From: Paraspadella gotoi
Lineage: Eukaryota > Animalia > Chaetognatha
DNA: 64,000 nucleotides
Direction: 5' to 3'
Assembly: GCA_051294375.1 (NCBI GenBank)
Contig: CM119266.1
Coordinates: 16,238,087-16,302,086, forward strand
In this document: positions 13,658-25,452 of the stretch, piece after piece
Position numbering within the stretch: the first letter of the stretch is position 1
How the letters are laid out: every line of letters starts with the position of its first letter
Position numbers and translations under genes: made by a program
The notes under the pieces: model-generated
Database searches by the model: none
Told to the model about the DNA's origin: nothing
What the model saw: only the letters and a program-made list of their open reading frames with translations

Positions 13658-14606
13658 ACGAAGTGAAAAAAATTGTAACGAAACAGTAATGATAACTAAC
13701 TATATTATGAGTTTATCAAACTAGTAGGCAAGTTTAAAATGATCTCTCAAAAGGCAAAAGTTTAAAGAAATATCAAAAGTGTCGATATATAATAAAACGC
13801 AAAAATAAGTGGACACTGGACAAATATATATATATAAAAAAAATTTAGGTTCAAATTCTTTTTACGATCGGATTAATATTAGTTAAAAAAACTGTCAATT
13901 TTGTTTGTTTAGTGAAAATCTTTGTGTCAGCTAATGCTCCCAAAGAGAAATACTGGAGGAAAAGAAAATTATAATAAAGAAAAAAGAAAGGAAAAGAAAA
14001 AAAGAGGAGAAAAAGAAAAAGATCCTTTGATGTCGTTATTACCTTGGAGAGGGCAGCGCCAAAGGTCACTCCTTTGCAACCGTTGCCTTGCCAACAATTT
14101 CGTTGCGCTGGTGGCGCGTGACGCCGGCCGATGGCGCCACGTGAGTTTAAAGATGGCGCCTCGTAAAAAATAAGCAGACCAAGTTTTTTGGCAATGGCCG
14201 ATTCAAGGATGCAGACAACATATAGATTCAGCGTTTCATAGTGTGTTGACAGTAGATTGCAAGTATTTTCAAGTATTTGCAATCGCAGTTTTTTGTTTTT
14301 CTTTCTTCCCTTATTTTTTTTTACACCAAGTACTATTTAAGCATTGCATTCTCTTTTCATTTTTATCTTTTTTGTTGACTTCTTCTTCCCTTTTTTCTTT
14401 CTCCAATCCATCCCTATTTTCCATCCAGTTCTTCCAATTTATTTTCCTCTTTTCCCATCTGTTTCCCCCCAAATCTTCCATCTGCAACGCGACTCAGTCT
14501 TCCTCCCGCCCCCTGCCCCTTTGGCTACGTTTTCCGCTTCCACCATTATCTCCGCCTCTTCGCCTTTCCCGCGTCGTCTCGGGCCCGTCGCCTCCTTCCA
14601 GGGCAC

Positions 14607-14703
<97 letters not shown>

Positions 14704-15688
14704 TTCTTGGCGTTTGGTTCCAGTTCTGACTTCTTTTATTTCCTCTTCTCTCCTTCCACCTTCAAGGGCAAAGAGAACGGCGTCCTCTCGCAATGGGGCA
14801 ACGACGACGACCCAGACGACGACGACGACGACGAAAACGAAGAACACGAATGTAACAACGACTCCCTTGGAGAAACAAGAAACTACAAATGTTTTAAGAA
14901 ATATTATAAAGTTAAATCACATCATAATAGTGAACATATGGTTCCTTTCACCGACCGTCTTTTGTTTAGGATGCTTATATATTATGCAGTTCTTTTCGTT
15001 GTTATTTTTTTTTTCTTAGTTCCATTTGTTGTTGTTGTTATCTCGTCCATCGAGTTGTTTGTTATTTGCGCGAGACGCGATTGTTGTTGTGAAAGGGAGC
15101 ACGTGGGGAGGGCGCGTCGGGGCGATTTCAGGCAAAGGGGGCGCCAGCAGAACCACCGGCATAAAGTTTCGCGCTGCTGTCTTTTGTCCACGAAGCGTGG
15201 AAGGGAAAACTGGCCCCGAATCAGACGATGGCGCCGAGAGACTCTTGGCTCGCGGCGTTGGACTTTCGCATTCAGGTGTTTGTGAATAGGGTTTTCAATC
15301 TTTTACTGTTTTTATAGTTTTTGTTTTGTTTTTGTTTTGTTTTGTTATTTAGTGTAATATCTATTAAAGACAAAAAATCAATAATAAATGGAAACAACAC
15401 CAGTATTTACATTCGAATTTTTTGTTCCTCCGTCTTCTGCCGTTGATCTGAGGCGAGAGTAAGTGGCGGGTAAGTCGAGGGTGAGGGGCGGGTGAGGGTC
15501 GTCGATGTTTGGAATGTGATCATCGTCACCGTGGAAGAAGATAAGGTCACGTCAGCCGAAAACACGAAGCAGGAAAATAAACGGGTGGAGCGAAGAAGTG
15601 GTTTGGGTGGGGGTCAGGAGGTGGTTTTAGATGGGGGTTTTGAGAAAGGTGGTAGGAAGATAAGGATCATCTTTAAAATGATGAGGCC

Positions 15689-15828
15689 CTAAACGTCTCG
15701 TCCTTTCTTCGGGCTAAGACTCTGCGTCCGGCGTCTCCCTCGGGAGAAGCGGCGTCGGAAGCGGCGTCGCTTCATCGATCCGGAGTCGCTCCATCGATCC
15801 GGCGGCCGACGAAAGTCACCGGAAGTCC
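15689..15828 (-). CDS. Putative terminal exon, Arg-rich
   Basis: Polypyrimidine tract and ctccag| precede TSGDFRRPPDRWSDSGSMKRRRFRRRFSRGRRRTQSLSPKKGRDV*. Upstream exons not resolved. Confidence 0.25.
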
Positions 15829-17558
15829 CTGGAGAAGAGACAGGGGAGGAAGAAGAGGAGAGTTGAAGGGATGGAGTTGAAAGTGAGAAGGTGAAGGTTA
15901 AAAAGTGAGGATGAAGAGGGGAGGAGGACAGAGTAAGGGGAGGAAGAGGAGCNNNNNNNNNNGAGGAAGAGGAGCGTATGAAGAGCGAAGAAGATAGAGC
16001 AGGCGCCGCTCCCTCAAAAAAAAGAAAAAGGCCGGTGGATAACATTTTCAGAGCAAATATCAAGCAGCGACGCAGGTCACGGCATCTTAAAGGTTGCGGC
16101 AGAGTTCATCAATGTTTTCGCCCCCAAGAAACCCAAAGTTTGTGGAACGGAGGAAAAAGGAGAAAGGCGGAGGAAAGAAAAGGGAGAGAGGAACCGTGAA
16201 AAAAAAAAGAGAAAACAGGAAAGTAACGAATCAACAGCGAAAAAGAGGAAAAGAATAACATTAAAGAGACCAAAGAAAGGCTGTCGTTTAAGAAAGGCTT
16301 GGCGTTCGAAACAGTACATAATTACTTTAATTTAGTTTTAATTTAGTAACCAAGCAAATAAACGTCTACTTATTTGCAGCTGCAATTCTTTTCCAGCAGT
16401 GATATCTTAAAAACTTTTTTTTTCTGTATTGTTTGTTTGTTGTTTTCTTTCGAATGGAAGTTTTTATCCCTCGGTTTTAGGTGCGTTTTTCTTTTCTCCG
16501 CTGCCCGCGGCCAGTTTTTGCGGCCGCCGTTCACGTCGCTGCCGTCGCCGCGGTCGCCGCAGTGTCTAACCGGGTCAAATGTCAAACGTTTCACCGTAAA
16601 CCTTCAAAACAGAAACTCGGAATAAAAGAAAAATGGAGGAACCGTCGACGTCGAAAACCCTGCGCCGATACAGCGTCTTTGGAACGGAATGCCACTACCC
16701 CCCCAAACCGCTGTTCGCTCTATCCAGTCTCAATTGCTTGCTGCTTTCCACCCCATCCGACATCCACGACACTCTTCAGTCTTCAATGAAGACTCTTCAT
16801 GCCTCCACCATACTTCACCCTCCCCCTCTTTCCATCCGCTCCATCTCCGTCTCACTTTTCGTCGCAACTCCCTCTCCCTCTCCATCCTCTCTTTCATTTT
16901 TACGAGCGGCCCACAAAAGGTGGCACCCAAGACTTTCCCGACGACGCGTCTCGAAATAGCGAAGTTTTTATTTCCGGAGAAGCGTTTCCGTCGCTTCGGA
17001 CTCGGAATGAAAATTTCTCAAAAAGAGTTTGGTTTTTTTTGTTTTTTTTTTCTTTTCTTTTTCAGAAATAGAAGAAAAAAATCTTTGGAGCGGATTTCTT
17101 TTTACGTGCCTCTTGGTTCATTTTAATATACTTTAACAACAAGGACCGATTTCATGTTATCCATATCCAAAATTTTAGTATTGCGCAATAATTCGGAAAC
17201 TTTTCAGATATAATGGGATTTTTTTTTAAAAAAGTTATTTGGTTCGACCTTTGAATTCGTCGAACGCCGAAAGAATAACGCCCCCGCTCTTCATCTCTTC
17301 CCCGCCCTTCCTTTCGTCCTCTTTCCCCTCTCCCTTTCCCCCCTCTCCCCCTCCCTCTTCCGCTCGGTCCCTAAATTCGAGCGGGGAAAAAAAAAATAAC
17401 AAAAAGGAGAAAAATTGGGACTAATTAATCTAATTTCGTTAACGAGTTTTTGAGGCTCTCCCCCTTTTTTCCTTCTTTCCGTCATGTTATATCGCTCGTT
17501 TCTCTCTTTCTCTCTCTCTCCTCTTTCTCTCTCTCTCTCTTTCTCTCTCTCTCTCCTC

Positions 17559-17622
<64 letters not shown>

Positions 17623-18614
17623 CTCTCTCTCTTCTCTCTTTCTTTGACGCACGACATTATTTCTTTCGCCTCCATGTTTTGTTTAATTGGCGCTTGGCGC
17701 AGCGCCGCGAATTTCACGCCGCGTTCTCTCTCCTCCTCCGCGCCAAATTTTTTGACGCATTTCGAAAAGGTCGACGGAGGCGGCGCCGTTGGCTCGCCGA
17801 GTGAATCGGGCGGCGCGATCGGCGCTCTCTTTCGGAGAAGCACGACGCCACGATGATTGATATGAATATTAGTTTCATGAAATAAAACGTATCGAAGGGT
17901 CTAGTCTTGCAAGGAGAAATCACGTCAAACCTTTTGAACGAGAAAGGTGACTCTTGAATCGAGAATTTTTGTAGCCAATGACTGATATTTATTCAATTTT
18001 ATTTAAAATTATAGTGGAGTGTCGAAGCCATTTTTAAAGTGGCGGCGGCAGCGGCGGCAGAGGCGGCGGCGGCGACGTCGGAGGCTTAGGCGGCTTAGCA
18101 AAGCGGCCCAAGAAATTCGCTTCCTCGAATGAATTCCCGAATTAATGCGAATTTAGAAACTGCGACACTTTTTCTTCTTCTTCGTCGCTTCTTGTCTTTC
18201 TCGTCCCGATTTCAAAAGCAAATGACAAGAATAATAAATATCAAGAGATTCGGGAGAAGGAGGGGGAGCGGGTGGGAGAAGAAGCAGGAGGTGAGGTTTC
18301 GGAGAAATTCTAAAGCGCCGAGTCCGTGGAAGAGCATAAAATTATCGCCGTTAAAATCCCGCGTGAAGTTCGGCAAAAAAAAAAACAGAACGAAGTTTTC
18401 GGAATGAAATAATTGTGTCTTTCTTTGGTGCACCGCTGATAATTAAAACTTAAATAGCCTTGTATTATCATCTACGTTCTTAGATTCAGAATCGGCGTTC
18501 TTAAAAGTTCGCCTCTAAGATCGCCGCTTTCCGATCTCCCTTCGGTGTGTATATCTAAAACGAAAATGACTCTGAGATGAGCGATCGAAAAATGCCCGGC
18601 GTCGTCGACACGAA

Positions 18615-20350
18615 ATGTCGTCAGCCTTTCGATCGCAGATGCCGTCGTCCGGCCCCACGATGCCTTTGATGCTGACCCCGTCGACGACAACACTGCTGTT
18701 GCTGCTGCTTTGGCTTTCGCGGTGGTCGACGGCGATCAAATGCTACACTACTTACCGGTTTTTGGAAGGCGAATTGGGGAAAAAGTGAGTTGGATTTTGC
18801 AGATTTGAGTTAAAAGCGCCCAAAGCTCAATCGTGTTTGAATTGATTTTGGAAAATAAATACTTCGCGTGATGAAACTGTTATTTTTATTCCTTACTATA
18901 ATTAATTGAATATCGTTTTGTAATTTAATAACATTGAGGCCGTCTCACCCGCCTCTCCCCCTTCTCCAGTGTGAGCGAACTGAGGAAGACCAACTGCAGC
19001 AATACGACGACGGCTTGCGGCGACGCCGTCGTCAGCCTCACCCGCAACCGGAAGCAGATCTACGGCGAAAACCCCGACCTCGTCAACGCCTCCGTCAAAC
19101 CCGTCACGCTCAGCGTCAAGTACTGCGACGATAACGACGTCGACATCTGCGCCGCCCTCGAGAGCAGAGTCAAGACGATGAATTGGACCAACTTCCGCTG
19201 CGCCTCTGCAACTTGCGTCACTGACTACTGCAACGCTCTCGTGTGTTACCAGCCGAAGCTCAAGTGTTTGAACAAATTGAAGAAACAAAACAAGGCCACG
19301 CTAAGAAACGTCGCTGGTTAAATTATTTATTTTTAATTTACTAACTTATTTATTCAAATATTTTATCTGTTCATTTATTTAATTTGATTATATTGCTTCG
19401 ATTTATCCCAGCTTGCGAATCTGAACCCCGTGAGTGTCAAATACTCGACGCGAGTTCTTGCGTCACTGTCCGGGTCAAACTCAGCGGAGACATCATCAAC
19501 TTGAGAGGCTGTCATAGAAAAGGTCGATAGTTTTCTTTTTCTTTGTCGATTGAATATTAAAGAGCTTGTTTTCTTCCAACTTTGAATTAGCCAAGTAATA
19601 AAATTCTTTTATTTTAAAAAATCACCTCATGATCCTTCAATCCCCTCGTTCCCCTCCATCCCCTCGAACCCACGCAGGTCAGCAGACCTTCTGCCAGAAG
19701 ATCCTGGCTCGCCATCGCGACGACGTCTTCTGCCGAGAATCCTTCTGCGTCACCGACTCTTGCAACAAACCGGAAGTCGCGTCCATCGGCCTCATCGCCA
19801 TCATCGTGGGCGTCGTGCTGGCCGGGGGTTCGTTCGTCGCCATTAAGATTTTCTGTTGTTGATTGTATTTTTTGTTGATTGTATTTTTTCTTCTTTTTTT
19901 TTTTCAAGGCGGCGTTATCATCTGCCTTTTCGTCATAAAGAATACGTGCTGCGAACCGACGGACGAGCCAAGAAATCGAAGGCGAGCATAAATGGATACT
20001 TAGTTTTATCCATGCTTTTCCATAAATAGCTTCCTGTGAAGAGACGTCAATTATTAATAATAAACTACCTGCGACTATAGACGGCTTACCCGTCTTACCC
20101 GGTACGTCCCTCTTGGGGCCTGGCAGCCTGGTTTCCTCTCATCAGCATCATCTCGAAATTATCTTTTGCCTCGTCTCCAATCGTCGGAGGCAACATCATC
20201 CTTCAACTTTACACCCTCTTCCGTCCCCTCACACCCTCCAGGTCATCGGAGAGCACCGTCGGCACGAAAAACGAAGAGCTGGCGCTGTTGACGACGAATC
20301 AGAATCACGACGATGCATTCGACGACGACGTCGTCAGCGACTTTGATTGA
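18615..20350 (+). CDS. Type I membrane protein with two Ly6/uPAR (LU, three-finger)-like Cys domains
   Basis: Exons 18615-18784, 18970-~19316, ~19411-19521, ~19678-19827, ~19908-19981 join in frame. Signal peptide (TLLLLLLWLSRWSTA|IKCY), domain 1 ends CVTDYCN, domain 2 runs LVCY...FCVTDSCN, TM segment IGLIAIIVGVVLAGGGVIICLFVI. It ends either at TAA 19989-19991 or, via exons 20081-20101 and 20242-20350, at TGA 20348-20350. Confidence 0.75.
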
Positions 20351-20785
20351 CGAGTCGATCGGCATCGGCGTCGGAGGCGAGAATGACGGCGACGGAGGCG
20401 GGAATGGCCCCATACACAGGGATACACTCGGACAAGCCTATTCTGAATTTATAAATTGCTCCGATTTGATTATTGCCCAACTATTTTCATTTAATTTGGT
20501 CAAAATGTGTTTTGGGTAATGAAAAGTTGACTTACGTTGCTTGATATCGGATTCGCATGAAACTTCGTTTTATAGCCAAGCCAAGACTATTGCGCACAAC
20601 CGAAACGTGCGATCACTGCCGCTCGACGACAGGGGACGTTTTAATTGTCGACGTTAATGACCCGACGCGAATTTTCGAGAGAGAGAGCGAAAAAAAAAAT
20701 ATTCATCTCCTGGTCGCCAACATCATTTTCTTTTTTTTTTCCGCGCAGGAAGAGAGAGAGAGAAAGAAGATAGAGAGAGTGAGAG

Positions 20786-20860
<75 letters not shown>

Positions 20861-20925
20861 CATTAGCCTTGATTCCTTCATCGTCATTTTGGGCATTTTG
20901 GAAGAAAATTGGGAGGGAAATTCGG

Positions 20926-21462
20926 TCATCGCGTCCCAGGAGTGCCGGTTCCGGTGCTGGAGGCGGCGCTGGCCGCGGTGCCGGTGACGGTGTGGGCGAG
21001 TGTGGCAGTGTGGGAGTGTGAGAGTGGAGGCGAGGAATCCGCCGAAAGACCTGCGACAGTCTGGAAGGTGGGTGATTACCAGCCACAGATTTGCGGACGG
21101 TACAATATGGCGGCAACAGTTGATGCAGAATTACAGTCTTACGTTAACAACCTTTTGTAAACAAGGATAATTAAGTTCTTTTTGGGATGATCATAACTTT
21201 CTTTATCGTACAACCACCGACTTTCCAATCTTCCGACCCCCGCAATTTTTTTCATAAAAATTTCGGATTTTTTGAAAATTCAAAAAAGTCTTAATTACTG
21301 TCCCCCTCCGACGCCCAAGTCTACCGGTGACGTTCATTAGTGTCTCGGTCCGCTTCCCACGCGCACGCCCGACGTCGCCCACAGCGACGATCCGACACCC
21401 GTCACCGACGACTCCCGACGCCCGTCGCTTGCGCCGTCGCCCGAGCCTTGTATCCATATACT
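20926..21462 (-). CDS. Putative two-exon 3' fragment of an unknown gene
   Basis: Exons 21462-21325 and 21050-20926 have AG/GT boundaries and join in phase (EYMDTRLGRRRKRR...MNVTG|LSADSS...TPGTR*). Low complexity, no domain recognised. Confidence 0.3.
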
Positions 21463-22254
21463 CTGTAAGTAAGCAGCTTTGCTTCGCAAACATCTCTATG
21501 CCCACCTTCAAAATTTCGAAGATTTTCTGAGAAGTAAAATATTGATTCTAGATTTTTAATTCAATATATAAGTAATTTATAATAATATAATAATATATAA
21601 TATAATATAATAACTTCATTTCGCGTGTCTAGTTGGCAATTGAATTGGTGATAGGAAGTACTTTGACTGAGTTTCAGGCGCACGGTAGCCACTGCCCCTT
21701 ATTTTTACCCCAAATACTCTTTCTTCTATTCTTTCCTAAAACTATGAAAAAAAATGGAGGGTTTTTTCGCGAAAATAATTTTCTTTTTCCCGACGGGTTG
21801 TACCGGCTTCTCCGCGTTACGCTTCTCGGGGGTAATTAAATCTACTCCTTAATGTTTCTTTGTCTCGATTTTTTTCCTCTTATTTTTTTCTAATAATTTT
21901 CGACTTTTGTTTTTTTTCGTGGGCATTTCATTAGTCTCGGAACTTCCACCTAGTCTTGAACCGTTATTCGAAATTTCTTTGGGTTTTTTTTTTTTTTTTG
22001 GTTTTTTTTTAGTCACATGATACATGACTATAAATTTATGTATAATAAACGTCTTATGGTTGATCACTACTCTGCAAAGTTTCATTTCAAACAACCAGAC
22101 ATTACCAAAAAAAATCACGGACTGTAATTTTGCTTGTTACGTGACTACACAAGTATGAAACACATGCACAAGAAGCATTTAATAATTTCTTACCAGTTTG
22201 CCAAGAATTAACTAAAATAACTTTCTTAGCCCTTGACACGGGCCGTGTATTTAT

Positions 22255-22478
22255 GACATTGGAATATTGTCTTTTATTTTTTATAGTTATAAGATTTCCT
22301 GAAGGCGCGCTGGCAGTCACTTAGATTTTAGGTTTTTTCTTGTCTTAACAAATTAGCAACCAACTTAGACGAGATATGAACATTTTTAAGGTAGGACAGA
22401 CCGATGGACAGACCATTGGACAGACATACCGACTGACTGACAGCTACTGCTCCGCGAGTACTCACGTCGCAACTAAAA
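22255..22478 (+). mobile_element. Second diverged copy of the HINE-like element
   Basis: Shared blocks with 13415-13657, a GACA/GACT microsatellite, then a short imperfect palindrome and ACTAAAAAA. Confidence 0.5.
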
Positions 22479-22790
22479 AAGTATTTAAATAATAGATATT
22501 TAAATAATAAATATTTAAATAAATAACGACGTTATTAACGTTATTAACGTATCTCTTTGAAAACCGAAAGCCGACGAATTGAGGAGCCCATAGTGAGGCT
22601 CGGCTAATAAAGATCGTTACCGTTTTCTTAACCAAATGTGAATATCGTCTCTCCTTTGCCGAAAGCTTTTTTAGGGGAAAAGTTAGTTAAATCAAGAAAC
22701 TTTCCAAAGTTTTTGATGAAAATATTTTTTGTGAAAACTTTTCTCTAAAGATTTTTGGGCTCTTAATTGTTTATCGACGGAAAATAACTA

Positions 22791-22805
22791 GTTTCCCTGG
22801 CAAAC
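22791..22805 (+). promoter_or_regulatory. RFX X-box-like motif upstream of ARMC4
   Basis: GTTTCCCTGGCAAAC lies about 10 bp before the ARMC4 ATG and differs from GTTTCCCTGGCAAC by one extra A. Confidence 0.5.
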
Positions 22806-22814
22806 CGAGAGGCG

Positions 22815-23835
22815 ATGGATGAGGAAGAGCAGGTCAGAAGCTAAAAGGACTATGGGTAAGTAAAATGACGAGTGTGAGGGTCAATCTACTTTATCAACTT
22901 TCGTATCTAGTCGAAATTAGACGATCAAAGCGCCGAATCTAGCCGCAATGAAACCGCCGGCGAAAACAGCGTGAACGATGACGCCGCCGTCGGAAACGAC
23001 GCCCACGACGAAATCGACCCCGCCGACGAAAACAACGCCGCCACCAATCAAGGCGACGTCGCCGCCGATGAAAACGACGCTCCCGCCGCTGCTGCCGCTG
23101 ACGACGATGAAGCAGAGACGCAGGAGAACGTCAGAGCCGATGCCATGGAAGGTCAGTCTCAAGAAGAGCCGCCTTCCGATTCCAACGAAAACGAATCGCC
23201 GAAAGACAACAACGAAGACGCCGCTGCCGATTCCGACGAGGACAGTGATGACGTGTACTCTGGCAACGAGGAGGACGCCATCAACGTCAACGAGGCGTTG
23301 CAGTTGGCGCGTAACGTGAACGAGGGAGAAGACGAAGAAGACGGAGGTAAATAATTCCTTTCTTTTTTCTTCTTTCCATTTATTTTTGTTTTGTTCCTTT
23401 AAGTAATTATATTACCTTTTTATGAATTTAAAATAAACATCCGTTTCTCAGGCGGCGCTGACGACGCCGGCGCCGGCGGCGGCGGCGGAGCTGGAGGCGA
23501 AGGAGACGACGACTTCTTTGGTGAGCTGCGACAATATTGTGACGATCCATGTCTGACATTATTTTCTGTTTGGCGTATTCAGAAGATTTACAACAAAAAT
23601 GAATTGATTATCTATTCGGTTGAGTCCGTTTGAACCATAATCTTTAACAATAACAGCTGCTATTGACGGAGAAGGCGGCGACGCCAAAGGATCGGAGGAG
23701 CAATTGTCGCAAACCAAAGTCGGTCAGTCTCCATGAAAATTATCAATTGATTGGATTACGCATACGCATTGATTGATTGATTTCGTCAAAGTGGGTGCAT
23801 CTTTAATCTTCTATTTGAAAATTGTTACCATAATT

Positions 23836-23927
<92 letters not shown>

Positions 23928-25362
23928 AATTCCAACTAAAAGAGATTGAAGAAGAGCCGCAAGAGGAAGTGATCCCCGAACCCGAGGAGGAAGACGACCC
24001 TAACTCCTCAGGCGCTTCCGAATCCGAAGGTACGAGGCGACGACGAGCGGTTGGGGAGAGGGAATCTTTAAGGAAGCCGGCGGCGCTTGAGCGAGGATTG
24101 CAAATTTACATTTTTCTTTTGCGTATCGGGAGGTTGGGAATTTTTAAATAAGAAAGAGCAATTCATCGAAGTACAAGGAATTGTCTTCGAGCGGACGGAA
24201 GCGCAACCAAATTTTCATTTATTCCGATAGAGGACGAAGGTTTCGGGCCTCCGCTGGAGAGCGCGGATCTTACGTGGGACATCCAGCGGCTCATGAGGGT
24301 TTTGAGGGCGGGAAACCAAACCGCTACGGTCATCGCACTCTGGTGAGAATGACGCGTGGATACTGAACAGAGCAACGATAACTAGAAAAACAATTTATCA
24401 CGGCTAAATTGACCTGCTCACTGCTCAGTGCTCAGTGATCACTGCTCAGTGCTCAGTGCTCAAATAACTGATATTAATTACTTATTGATTGAGCTAAAAA
24501 AATCCCAACAACAAACTTTGGCAGTGCTTTTCTCGACTACGACCTATCTCACCTTGCGACTCTTGGATTTCTCTGCAATGAAGGAATCCTCAACACCCTC
24601 TGTAACATCTTGGAAACCAAAGGTAACAAACTAGGACGTCATACTTGGATTTATTCGATCATTGGAATAACTTGTAAATTATTTCAAACGAGTTGAGTTT
24701 TGATCAAATTTAAATTTAAACTGAACCGCTTCTATTTCTAACTTCTTTCTATTTTCAGGCAAGTATTCTTTTCAAAAAATGCCGAACAGCATTCTTATTC
24801 TTAACAAATTCATTTCAAAATTCCCTTCACTCCCTCTCGCGTCTCATAGACGAGCGTTGCATCGTGGGAGCGCTGCAAGTCCTGACCGCAATGACGGAAG
24901 AGAGTTCGGCGGTTCGGGCGCAACTGGCGCACGTGGGAACGATCCAGCGCATCGTCGACCACCTCGCCAGTCAGAGTCTCGAAATCAAACTCTGGTCGGC
25001 GCAGCTCATCGGGAATCTCTCGACGTCGGGAAGCGCGCGGCGTCTCATCCGGAAGAGGGGAGGTGAAGAAGGGGTGGTAGGGTATGTGGCGGACTGCATT
25101 TAGGTTAGGAAAGGGTCAAGTTAAACTATCCTATTTGCACGAGGTTCACCTTTCTCAATTCCTTCTCCGAAGGAATCGCCAAATTGGTGGCGCTGTTGCA
25201 GGACCGAATCCATACGAGCGAATACTGAGGAAAGCCGGACGGAGGCGAAGGCATCATTACCATCAAAATGCGGCGACGACGCTGCGAAAGTTGTCTTGAG
25301 GTAATAACGTTTGTTTTTTCTTTGTGATTGACTTTGTCTTTAAAAGGTTGAATCCGCTGGGT

Positions 25363-25452
<90 letters not shown>

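Noticed and set aside
14243-15285. 258-aa and 313-aa ORFs
   Set aside because: Built from T-rich, (AG)n and (GAC)n tracts; no recognisable domain.
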